Below, piece after piece: positions 10,640 through 22,477 of a stretch of DNA of 64,000 nucleotides (the stretch's first letter is position 1; each line of letters opens with the position of its first letter). Below the pieces are notes generated by a model. It saw only the letters and a list, made by a program, of their open reading frames with translations. It made no database searches and had not been told where the DNA came from. The stretch comes from Camelus ferus (taxonomy: Eukaryota). Position numbers and translations under genes: made by a program. The stretch covers positions 17,112,001 through 17,176,000 of the forward strand of contig NC_045704.1 of the NCBI RefSeq assembly GCF_009834535.1, in the 5' to 3' direction.

Positions 10640-13330
10640 TTGCTATAACTCAGGACACATCCCTGTCCCTTCTGGTCACTGTGTGTGGCTTCCCTGTGGG
10701 ACCTCTGAAAGTGGCCTTGTGCACCCATGGGCATGTGGGCTGGTATGCTGCCATGTTTAGTATCTGTGTTTGTACCTTTTCTGTTGAAAAAAAATCCCGT
10801 GATGTTTTAGTACTTGTTTTGCCCTGTGCTGTCTCAGTACCTACGTACATGCATGGATGTCTGGGCTTTCATACCTGTGTGTGTGCTCATCCTTGCTTTT
10901 GTATCTGGTGTGTCCATTTCAACATCTCTGGAGACATGTGCACAAATGTGTGGATCTGTAGGCTTTAGTATCTATGCATTTTCTAAGAGAATCTTTGACC
11001 AGGGGTATGTCTACCTGGCTCTCAGGACCCATGGGTACATGCGTCTATCAAGTGTTTGAGAATCTGTGTGTGTGTCTATTTCAGAACCACTGCATGTGTC
11101 TGCATGTATATCTATTTTAAAATTTCAAAATCTCCATCTATACTCTGTAGTTTGAAGAGTGTGTATGTATGTGTGTGTCTGTGTGTGTGTGTGTGTGTCA
11201 GGAGTGACATGGATATGTGTACACCTGTGTGTCTCTCTTCCCCTGGCTGCTGAAGCCTTTCCAGTCTGGACGAGTACCTATTCTCTCTCTCACACACACC
11301 CACCCGTGCTCATATGTGCTNNNNNNNNNNNNNNNNNNNNNNNNNNNNNNNNNNNNNNNNNNNNNNNNNNNNNNNNNNNNNNNNNNNNNNNNNNNNNNNN
11401 NNNNNNNNNNNNNNNNNNNNNNNNNNNNNNNNNNNNNNNNNNNNNNNNNNNNNNNNNNNNNNNNNNNNNNNNNNNNNNNNNNNNNNNNNNNNAGGAGGGG
11501 GGTGGTCTGCACAGTGCTGTGCTGCTGGGTCCCAGCCAGGCCTAGCATGAGTTGTGTGACCCCCTCCAGAGGGATGATGAGATTCAGGGAGATGTCCCCC
11601 GCATCTGGTCTGGCCCACCCCACCCACAGCATGCTCCAAGGGAGATGCTGTTGTGGACACACAGATATTCAAACTCTGGAGCAGGCAAGCACACGAGCCC
11701 GCACACGAGCCCACACCCGCCGATGCCCAGACAGACGCGTTAATGGATGCACAAAGACGGTCTTGTGGGCCACGAGATGCATAGATAGCTGGAGTCCAGG
11801 GCCATCCCTTCTCCCTCGCCCCAACCTTCACCCAATACCAAAAAAAAAAAAAAACAAAAAGAAAAAAACCAAGCACAAGAGTGTACATCATCTCACAATA
11901 AGAAAGATCCCTACGTATTCGATATACACATGCACATGTGAGCACAAAGGTACACTGGGTACAACAAGAAGGGTCCCTGAACACTTTGTGGGTGGGTATG
12001 TAAACACACACACACAGGCAAATGCACACACAAAGGCACACACAGATGCACCACAAGAGTCCCCAAGACACAAAGTTCTATGGAGGCAGGTGCACACTGA
12101 CATATGCACACACACGTATGCATGCACACACTCACACATACAAAGACCCCAAGACACATATGCTAGGCATGATGCCGGCCGAGCCAGGCTGGGAAACCCA
12201 CCCCTCTGCCACACAGCCGGCTCTGGCCCTCTCCCCACTGAGGCGACAAGGGCCGCCCAGTCTCTGGTCTGTGGCCCCCAGCCATCTCCAGCCATATGCG
12301 CCATCATTTGTCCAGCCCCGAGTCACATCAATTGTCGAGCCTCCCTCCTCACTGACCAGCCATCTCGTCCATCAGCGGCCTCGGCCATTAGCTGGCTCCC
12401 GCCTCTGGCCTGCATTTGTTGAGCCTCCCTTACCTGGCAGAACCAACGGAGCCCTTTCAGGGTCTGCCTGACCCTTTCTTCAAGGGAGTCTGAGGTCCCC
12501 TGTTGTATGACCCTCGGCTCATGCTTCAGGGCGACCCCCTCCCCTCAGCACACCGCTCAGGCGGTCATTCTTCAATGACCGCTGGCCACGGTGGTTCTGG
12601 TGGATCTTGAGGCTGTGTGTTGGAGTGTGTGTGTGTGAGCCTGCTTGTAGGCATGTGTGTATGGCTGGTGGGATGGCTACAGCTGTGCTTTAAGTCAAAA
12701 GGAGTGTGTGTGCGTGAATAAGGGGTTAGGATGTCAGCAGCTGCGCTTAAAGTCAAGGAGTATCTGAGTATGTGGTTGTGCATATGGGGAGTTAGGATGT
12801 CAGGGGTGCTTTTAACATGCGTGTGTGTGTGCATATGCAAGTGTGTGAGTGCTTGTATGCGGGAAGTGACTTGGTGTATAGGTCTGGCCTTAGTGCAGGG
12901 GGCCATGAGGGGCTGATCTTGTCTTGGACACAGGGGGTCAGCGCGGTACAGGCGTCTGCTTCTCAAGCGGTTGTGAGCAAGTGGAGTGTGTCTCTCCCAG
13001 ACCCCGTTGCCTGTGTTTGTGAAAGTGACAGATGCTGCCTCCCTGGCCTCACTGCAGCGGATTAAGTCTGTGAATGCCACATGAGTCTGAACCCCGGTGG
13101 GGGAGGGTCCCAAGCCTGCTCTTATCCTCGCGTGGGTGGGCCACAGCCCAGAATGGTATAGGATCCTGGGGATGACAGCTAAAGCACCCCCTTGCTGGTT
13201 TCTTCGAAGGAGAATATGTCTGAACAGATGCCAGGGTGAAGGACTCTGCGTACACACTCACTCACGCTCACATACTAGCCCATGTTGTCCAAGGCAAGGT
13301 GCAATGTGTGTTTGAGATTACACACATAAT
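10640..13330. repeat. Alternating TG-rich and CA-rich low-complexity blocks, including a (TG)n microsatellite at ~11172-11198
   Basis: Plus strand is TG-rich at 10640-11320, CA-rich at 11640-12170 and TG-rich at 12610-13060. Confidence 0.8.
11321..11492. other. Assembly gap (172 N)
   Basis: Run of N seen directly. Confidence 1.
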
Positions 13331-14908
13331 AGCTGGACACCCCAAGTCTAAACTTCTCAGAACCTCCACAGATGGGCCCTGCAACACTGTGCCAACCCCT
13401 GCTCTTAGGACCACGCCCCCAACCTCGGCTGCTTCCTCCCTGCTTCCTGCTTCTCACTTCCCTTGGCATTCTTTCCACTCTCCCACCTCACTCCCTTCCT
13501 CAATGCCTGAGCATCCTCAAAGACCCACTTCCCTGTTTAAATTCACACCTCTCTCCTTCTCCAGATTCCCAATGACCCAGAAGCTCCTTTTGTGCTCCAA
13601 GCGCCCAGAATCATGTCTAAGGCTGGGCCCACTTCAGAGCCCATGGCTGGTGCTTAACAATCGTTTTTAGGTAAGGAGTGATCATGCTACCATCGCCTGA
13701 TTATGTCAGAGGACTAACTGTACTTCATTTGCTGGGTGACTCATACCAGTCAATAAATATCTATTGAATTTGGGGACCTAGGATGTGAGGCCACCACCTC
13801 CAGCCTCCTTCTGAATGTGTCAGAGCTGGGAAAGCTGCCTGTCCTGAGGATCTAATGAACATGGGGCTGTGGGTGAGTGAGGGAAGGGGCACCTGCTTCT
13901 TAAGGCCACCACCTGCATCTGGGAAGGTGGCTGTGCAGCACGGGGTTCACCAGCAGGGGTTGGGGGGACTCAAGCTCATCAGTAATCCTGTCTTTGAAGA
14001 AGCCCAGCCCCAAACTGTCACCTACAGAGTGGGCTCTTGACTTTGCTCATTTCCTGGCTTTCCCTTTAGGATACAAAGCGAAACCCAGGTCCTCAAAGCC
14101 CTTGCTGAGCCATGTAAGGCATCCATCCACCTGACAGGTCCTAGGAGACAGGCCTGTGGATAGACGTCTCAGGGGGCAGGGAGGAAGGGGGAAGGGGCCG
14201 AGCCAAGGAAAGGAAATGGTGCTAGGACAGCTAAGGGGGAGAGGGACAGACCTCCAAAGACAAGCCAGGCTTGGTACCAAGAGTCCAAAGACCTCGGTCC
14301 TCGCACTGGTTGGTTGCTCACAGGCTAAGAGAATCACATGGACCTCAAACACTCATCTGTGAAAGGGGCACCATCAGGGCTGCTGTAAGAGCTAGGTGGA
14401 TTTAAGGGATGTCGTCATTGTCATTATTATTATTATTAGATCAGGAGGTGTTGGGCCCAAAGGAAAAATAGTAAGTGATGTATATTTAGAAGAAAGAACA
14501 GATCCCAGTCTAAGAAGACCCCACACTCACTCTCTCCTCTAACAATCCTCTACACCCAAGTTTCTCAGTCATTTCAATCCTGAAAAAAATACTAGAAATT
14601 AACCAGCACATGCCAGACAGGGAAACTGTTCCCTTGCCCCCGGGTGAGGCCATCTGTCCCTCGTCCCAGGTCATGCCATCACACACTAAGATTATGTACT
14701 AGGCTCTGACAAGCTCTATCCAGGGGGATGCTGAGGTTGGGGCCCCAAGCCTGGCTGTCACATTGGTGAGGTAAGCCAATGTGGCTCCTGTATGCAAGGA
14801 GCCAGTGTGTATGAACTAGAATGCAGGTGGCCTGGAGTGGCCAGTGGTGAACCCACTGGAAAAAAATCTGGCTGGGAAGCTGTTTAGGACGTATGGACTA
14901 ACCCTCAT

Positions 14909-14910
<2 letters not shown>

Positions 14911-14939
<29 letters not shown>
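14911..14939 (+). repeat. (CA)n microsatellite
   Basis: Uninterrupted cacacaca run. Confidence 0.97.
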
Positions 14940-14941
<2 letters not shown>

Positions 14942-15489
14942 TGGCTGAGTTCTTTCCCTACCATGGTCCCTGCAACAGACACTCTCCATTTTCCCTACAA
15001 AGACTGAAAGAAGGAAGTGAGGGTAACCAAGGCCCCCAAGGATAGCATTGTAACTGGCCAGAGGGTTGGCCAGCAGCCTAAAGGAAATGGGGGTCTGGAC
15101 CTTTCCAATGGACACGGATGGGCTTCTGTCCAGCATTACCCAGAAATCAGGAAGTGGACGTGGGATCACATTACCAGCAATTGGAGATGCTGTCTGTGGC
15201 CTTGATCCACTTCCCTCCTGGTCCACCTGCCACCCTGACATGGGATGCTTTGTTACTACGAAAGAGCCAAGGAAGGTTTCTGCGGACTGGCAGACTTCAG
15301 GGAGGGGGGGGTCTTTTCTTGTTTTGTTTTCTTGAACCCAGCTTCAAGGTTGCTGTGCAAGCATCCTGTCAAACCCACCATACGCCCGCGACCTCTGAGC
15401 ACATTTCTCATCAATGCACTTGGACCCTGTTTCACAAACCCACCCTCCCTCTGACCCAGAACACACAAGAGACCCAGAAACACCTAACA

Positions 15490-15520
15490 AGAATAACAAC
15501 AACAACAACAACAACAATAA
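15490..15520 (+). repeat. (AAC)n trinucleotide repeat
   Basis: aataacaacaacaacaacaacaacaataatag. Confidence 0.9.
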
Positions 15521-17269
15521 TAGCTCTATGTCAAAATGGTTATTTTCATGTATGTGACTTTATTTCATGTGTCCTCTAGTGGCACACACCACGGTCAGAC
15601 CTAGTACTTGCACGCAAAGCCTCTACGCCAACCACACTGTATGTACAGGTTGACGTACCCACCACCAATGCCAGACTTGGCACACAGACATGCACACGCA
15701 TGGAAGGCCACCGCACACAGAGCCAGAGAGTGCCTCCCGAGCACACACGCAGCGAGGGCTCCATGATCATCGAGACAAGGGAAGGACCTTACAGGATAAA
15801 TACATGCGCCCACTCCCTCCTGCACACATGTCACCCACAGTGGGAACCCCCAATACCAGCCCCCAGCTGGACACACATGTCATGATTCCACACCTTTGGC
15901 TCTTCACTCTGCCAAGGCTCCCAAGCCTGGCACACAGTCAGTCTTTCCTGAACGCCCCTTGCAACGTATGCAGGCCGTGTACACATGCACTCGGCCGCCA
16001 TGGTCTGACTGTACTCGCCAGCCCCCCACTGACGCCATGCTCTCCCTTCATGCCCTGGGGGAGGGGGCAAATTCACCTAACAGGATGGTAAGAGACTAAA
16101 AGCTACTGAGTTAAGCATCTCTTTGGATATTTCTCTAAATCCAGGGCCTGCTCCCCAACTCTGCAGGCCCCAGGATGGAGGGAGAAAGCAGGGAGTGGTC
16201 AGCGGGCCATAGGCTTTCTCTTCAGATCTTTACCAGGGGTGCAAAAGCTCTGAGGACCCTCTCAGTTGGACCTCCACCCCAACCGCCTCCCCTTTTCACT
16301 TTCCACTAGCAATCCATGTCATTTTCTTCTCCGTCCACACCCTTCTCTCAGTGGAGCTGAGTCCATAGTCATGAGCCCTCACTTAAAGTCTTCCCCTCCC
16401 CCTCCCATGGCCCCAGTGAGCATCCAGCAGGACTTCTCCAGGAGGCCAGAGGAAATACGGTGTGGTGCTAGAACCCCCTGGGCAGATCCAAGCCCCCAGT
16501 AGGGATAAAAGAGGGTAGAAATACATAATGGTGCAGAACAGGGGTTAGGCTCTGGGGAAACTTGGGGGAGTCCTGTCTCTGCACAGAGCCCCTCTCCCTG
16601 GCACACTGTTCAAGGCCAATGCTACAAAAGTGATGAATAAATGAAACTAAGGGAGGGGGTGGAAAGGAAGAGGGGCAGAAGAAATGACTGGCAGGGAGAA
16701 AGAATGAGAGAAAAGGAGAAAGGAGAAGGGAAAAAAGAGAGAAAAAGAAAGGGAGGGGTGGAGAAAAGGAAGATGGAAAAGAAAGAAAAGAAAACCTGAG
16801 GAGTCGGGGAGAGAAAGCTTTTATTAAGAGGAGGAAGAGACAGAGAAACTGGAAAACAGGGAGAAAGAGAAACCTGCAAAGGAGATGGAGAAAAAGGAGC
16901 CAGGGAAGGATGAGAGGAAGAAAAGAGAAGGGAGCAAAGAGGCAGGAGTAGGCAGCCAAAGGGGTTCCCCAAGTTATAGACTTTGCCCAGAGAGCTGAGG
17001 GGCGCACCTTGGCTCCCCAACATCACTCCCAGGCCCTGGAGCTCCACTGCCTGCCTCTCCTGCTGAATACACCGCTGCCTCGGAGCCCCATCCCAGCTAC
17101 TCCCTCTCCCAGCTTCCACCCTTCCAGCAGTCCGAGGCACCCCGTTTCTTTCCCTTGCCCCTCATCCCCACCCCCAGCCCTATCTCATTCCCCATGCCCT
17201 CTTACCTCTCCCCCCATGCACCCTGCTTCCTTCCGAGCTTCAGACAGCATCACCAACCAATATCCTCAC

Positions 17270-18048
17270 CATGATCACCCTACACCGGCCCCCACACCCC
17301 CAGGAAAGGAAAAAACAAAAAGGCGGCACCGCCACCAGCCCTGACCCCCTCTCGCCTCGTTTTCTCCACAGTCGCCCCTTCCCCAAATGCAGGGTCCACA
17401 ATGGGGATCCCGCCCAGCCCAGTGAGCCTCTCCAAAGCGCCGAAGCCAGCCGGGCGCGGATGCCACCTCCTCTCTCCTCTCTGCGTTGGCTCCTTTTTGT
17501 ATATGATGGCCCCGGCTGCGATGTTTTATTTTCGCCTTTTTATTGGTATTATTTTCCCCCCTTTTCTTTATTTTTTGGCCTGGGGGCGGCAGCGACGAAG
17601 CGCCTACCGCCGGGTCTCCGCCAGCTCCCCGGCCGTCCGCTCTTTCTCTAGTCTGCGCTCCTCTCGCCTCCCTCCTTTCTCTTCTCTGCCTCCGCTCTGC
17701 TCCGTCCTTTCAGCTCCGTCCTCAGTCAACTGCTCTCTCCTCTCTCTGGTGCCTCCTCCTCCACGCCTCTCCTTTCCCCTTTCTTCTTGCCCCTTCTCCC
17801 CTTTTTCTCTCCCTCTTCACCTCCTCTACGTCCTCATTTCTTCCCATCCTTCCCCACCCCCCCATCACCACGCACATCTCTCCTTTCGTTTCCTCATTAC
17901 CACCGACAGCAAGCCGACCCCCTCCCTCACCCCCCAATAATAAAAATACCCAGCCAGGGGGCAAAGCCCCGACTGGGCGCCGAAAGGGAGGCGAAAGGGC
18001 CGGGGCTGCAGCGGCGGCGGGCAGCCGGAGCGCGGTGCGGAGCGAGCG
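17270..18048. promoter_or_regulatory. CpG island, probable alternative POU2F2 promoter (continues into the gap)
   Basis: Dense CpG (cggcggcgggcagccggagcgcggtgcggagcgagcg) running into the N gap. Minus-strand donor GGG|GTGAGG with exon end at 17931. Confidence 0.75.
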
Positions 18049-18731
18049 NNNNNNNNNNNNNNNNNNNNNNNNNNNNNNNNNNNNNNNNNNNNNNNNNNNN
18101 NNNNNNNNNNNNNNNNNNNNNNNNNNNNNNNNNNNNNNNNNNNNNNNNNNNNNNNNNNNNNNNNNNNNNNNNNNNNNNNNNNNNNNNNNNNNNNNNNNNN
18201 NNNNNNNNNNNNNNNNNNNNNNNNNNNNNNNNNNNNNNNNNNNNNNNNNNNNNNNNNNNNNNNNNNNNNNNNNNNNNNNNNNNNNNNNNNNNNNNNNNNN
18301 NNNNNNNNNNNNNNNNNNNNNNNNNNNNNNNNNNNNNNNNNNNNNNNNNNNNNNNNNNNNNNNNNNNNNNNNNNNNNNNNNNNNNNNNNNNNNNNNNNNN
18401 NNNNNNNNNNNNNNNNNNNNNNNNNNNNNNNNNNNNNNNNNNNNNNNNNNNNNNNNNNNNNNNNNNNNNNNNNNNNNNNNNNNNNNNNNNNNNNNNNNNN
18501 NNNNNNNNNNNNNNNNNNNNNNNNNNNNNNNNNNNNNNNNNNNNNNNNNNNNNNNNNNNNNNNNNNNNNNNNNNNNNNNNNNNNNNNNNNNNNNNNNNNN
18601 NNNNNNNNNNNNNNNNNNNNNNNNNNNNNNNNNNNNNNNNNNNNNNNNNNNNNNNNNNNNNNNNNNNNNNNNNNNNNNNNNNNNNNNNNNNNNNNNNNNN
18701 NNNNNNNNNNNNNNNNNNNNNNNNNNNNNNN
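18049..18731. other. Assembly gap (683 N) covering the core of the CpG island
   Basis: Run of N seen directly. Confidence 1.
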
Positions 18732-20270
18732 NGCTGAAAGAGATAGGGATGCAGTGACAGAGAGAGGGGAGAGGGACAGGGAGTAGAGGGGGACAACGAG
18801 ACAAGGAGAAGCACAGAGACATACAGAGATAGACAGAGACACACAGAAAGAGATAGAAGGGAAAGAGAGAGGAGGAGCAGAGGGGGACTCAAAAGCATGG
18901 AGCCACCCTGAGGCCCAGAGACTCACAGAGACACCCAGAGACACAGAGACATCCAGAGACAGAGACAGGGGGAAAAGGGAGCAGAAAGACGGCAGGGAGC
19001 ACAGAAGAATGAGGGGCATGGAAAGACTCACAGAGACAAAGAGATGCCTAAAGACAGAGACACACAGAGACACACAGAGACAAGAAATACAGGGACAGAG
19101 AGAGAGTGGTGGGGAGCAGAGGGGAACCCAAAGGCAGGGAGAGGCCCTATGACCAGAGACTCAAAGAGACAACAGAGACACAGAATACAGGAAGGAAAGG
19201 GAGCAGGGAGAGGGGTGGGAATACAGGGGATATGGAGGCAGGAAGAGACTTAAGAGAGACAGAGAGATGCCAGAGACACACAGAAACATATTGGCATGTG
19301 GGGGTATGAGTGAGTAAGACAGGTGGGGAGAGCAGTTGGGGACATGAAAGCAGAGAGAGGCATTAAGAACCACAGAGACACCCAGAGACAAAGAGATAAG
19401 GAGAAGAGATCTATGCAGAGAGATGAAGAGCCAGAAAGACGGCCACAAAGAAGCAGACACACAGACAACAGATATGAATAGTCACATATATACATATAGA
19501 GAGAGAGACAGAGACAAAGACACAGACACACACACACAGAGACAGAGATAAGACAGATAGACATGTAAGAATCAGAGACAGGAGAAGGAGCCATACTCAG
19601 AGAAGTAGGGAGGCAGAGGCAAGACAGAATTGGAGATATACAGACAGAGGAAGACACAGAGACAGAGACAGAGACAGAGACAGGCACAGAGAGTTAGACA
19701 CAGAGATAAGAAAGATGTGCAAAGTCAGAGAGATATGAAGAAAGAGGCAGAGAGAGAGAGAGGCAAAGCCAGAAAGACACTGACAGAGACCAAGATGCAG
19801 AGACTGAGACAGAGACAGAGAAAGAGGCACAGAGAGAGGGGTAGAGGCAGACAAGGAGACAGATGACTAGTGAGATGTAGACAGAAACATAGAGAATTAG
19901 ACATAGGGATTCTGAGAGAGAACTTAAGAAACAGACAGAAAGAAGGAAATGTGCAAGAGAGCCACAGACACCAAGACAGAAAAAGAGACAAGGAGAAATA
20001 CAGAGACAGTGAGAGACAGAGAGCAGAGAAAGAGACTTAGAGAGTCAAGTGATGACACAGAGAAACACAGAGATACAGAGATACAGAGAGAGACATGGAT
20101 AGAGACTGTAAGAGACAGGAAAGGAGACACTGAAGGAGACAGAGAGATTTGGTGAGATGGAGACAGACACTGGAAGAGGCATCCTGGTGGACAGAGATCC
20201 GTAGGGAGATACAAGACAGAGGTAGCAAGAGATAAATGGAGACTCGGAAATAAAGGGTCAAATTTGGAAA
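18732..20270 (+). repeat. ~1.5-kb purine-rich (GAGACA/CAGA)n-like low-complexity block
   Basis: Continuous degenerate gagacagagacacagaga sequence with very few T on the plus strand. Confidence 0.9.
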
Positions 20271-20591
20271 AGGTGCGGGGGTGGGGGAAGGGAACAAAGA
20301 GACAGAGCCTACAGAAAGCAGAAAGATGCAGGCTGGGGTGAGAGCAGAGACCTGGAGAGTGAAAAGCAGGTCTAGGGGAGCACCAAGCAGGGAAGAGCAG
20401 GTGAGAGCAGGTGGGGAGAGACAAGAATTGCAGGGAGGGGAGGGGAGCAAGGAGGGCAGGACCCAGTCACTGAACACCTCCCCTGTGCCTGGCACCTTAA
20501 GGCTGGGGAGGGAGAGGAAGGAAAGGGGGCTGAGGAGGAAGGGACCCTGGGCCAGGGGTAGGTCTGCGCTGGGTCTGAGGAGGACACATGG

Positions 20592-20610
20592 CTGCCGCCC
20601 CCTGCTGGTA
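20592..20610 (-). promoter_or_regulatory. CTCF motif
   Basis: Reverse complement TACCAGCAGGGGGCGGCAG matches the CTCF core CC(A/G)(C/G)CAGGGGGCG. Confidence 0.65.
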
Positions 20611-20859
20611 GGGGTGCTGCGGTGCAGGGAGGATGGGGCTGCGAGTGGTACCCAGAACGGGATGGGGTTTCAGGGGAGGAGGGAGGAGGAAGAAGAGGAG
20701 GGAACCGGCACGCGCCGCGAGGTCTCGGCTCCGCAGCCGCCCGTCGCTTTGTTACCTGCCCAGCTGCCCTGCGTGGACTGAGTGGGCACACGGGACCCTT
20801 GCGTAGGGTGCACGAGAGAAACATGAGAATAACCAGCCACCCACGTGTGCAGAGAAGGC

Positions 20860-21610
20860 TCCTGCGATCTACACTGCAAGTACGTAACAGAAATAAATAC
20901 AGAAAACACCTACCCCGCGGGCGTACAAAGTAAGTACACGGGACCTGTGCAGCGTGCTTAACGGACATGGAACTACCTGCTAAACCCTTGTAGGCAGCAG
21001 CCTCTTGGGACCCACACTGTATGCACAACACAAATAAATGCAAAAAATATCTTCCTAGTGTGAATACAAAGTAGGTACAGGGACTTATGCAGTGAGTCCA
21101 TAAGAGACATGGAACTATTTAATAACCCCTACACAGGCCCCACACTGTGTGTGCACAACACAAATAAATACAGGAAATAACTGCCCCACCTGCACACAAG
21201 TTAGGCACACAAGACCTACAGGGCATGAATGTCAGGGACACAGAGCCACATTCCAAACAGCCTGCCAGGATCCTCACTATGTGTGCACAACACAAAAGAA
21301 TGCAGGAAGCACAGTATGGCCCATGCCTGTAACACAGGCACATGACGGAATGGGCCTCCCTGGCGTGAACCAGATAGACGCCCATGAGCCAGTTCTCAGT
21401 GTGCGTATAACACAAGTCAATATAAAAAGCTCCCACCCTGCTTGCATACAAAGGCACATGGGTCCCACTGGTAAGAAGGGAACCCCCAAAAGGGTGTGTG
21501 TATAACAACACAGGAACAGCCCACCCTGGAAGGAGCAAGAAGGAATACGGACCCTGCAAGGAATGTACCTGACAGTCCCCGGTGTGTGTGTGCACAACAG
21601 ACAGAGAAAG
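20860..21610 (+). repeat. Degenerate tandem repeat, ~90-145-bp unit, about 6-7 copies
   Basis: Anchor cacactgtgtgtgcacaacacaaataaat(a/g)cag recurs. tacaaagta(a/g)gtaca occurs at 20924 and 21065, and gacatggaacta at 20964 and 21106 (period ~141). Confidence 0.75.
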
Positions 21611-22434
21611 CCTGCTAGAAGGGAGGCTCCAGGCCGAGGCTGTGGCCAAAGGCAAGGATGGCCTGTGCTCTGCCTCACCCCTAGCATCTAAAGTGACAGC
21701 ATGTGGTGGGGACTCATCCTTTCTAAGAATGACCGAGTATGTGATAATTATGTGTATGATGAGTACACACTAAGCACACGTGTACCAATGTTACGGATCC
21801 AAAAACGTTGATTTGATACATGGGAAGTCCATCTCAGGATGCTTCCTGGACAGTATGTTGAGAGGTGGTGGACCCTTGCCCACGTATGACAGGTATCTCT
21901 TAATTATGCAGAATATCCGTATTAGGAAGAAGCTGACATCCCTCATGGACCAACCAGAAGCAGATCCAGGAGGAGACTCAAGAAAGCCCTGGGTGCAGTT
22001 TGTCCTAAATGCTCTCGAGGGCTCCACTCAGCCCTGAATCATAACCCCAACCACCAGGCACACGCAAAGATGTACGTGGGACACAGCACACAACATGGGG
22101 AAAACGTGCGTGCTCTCCTCACTTCTGAAAGAGCCCCGGTGCCAGAAGTACTGGGCTTCTCTGAGGAGCGTGTTTGCATGTGGGTCTGAGTGAGGGTATA
22201 GGTGTGCACACACATGGTTCTTCCTGTGTGATTGAACTTGTGTGCTTAGCTCTCACACTTCCTCATTCTGCCTGTTCACATTTCAGAAACTTATGTAAAA
22301 ATACGGTACCTGACATACACTACATGCAATACACTGTAAGCTCTGGATACTTGTAATTGTGTGTGCGTATCTGAACGGACCTCTAGATAGAGGCATGTGC
22401 TCCCTAACACAGTGTCTGTTCACACATCTGTGGC

Positions 22435-22438
<4 letters not shown>

Positions 22439-22474
<36 letters not shown>
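22439..22474 (+). repeat. (TG)n microsatellite
   Basis: Uninterrupted tgtgtg run. Confidence 0.97.

Positions 22475-22477
<3 letters not shown>

Noticed and set aside
4176-19073. Long ORFs in the track (e.g. 11217-12422, 17543-18757, 17865-19073, 4268-4792)
   Set aside because: They are long only because they run through N gaps or low-complexity GA/CT/CA sequence that lacks stop codons; no protein homology or codon structure.
18732-20270. Arg/Glu/Gln-rich or Ser/Leu-rich ORFs (e.g. 19630-19866, 19250-19687)
   Set aside because: Translations of (GAGACA)n simple sequence.
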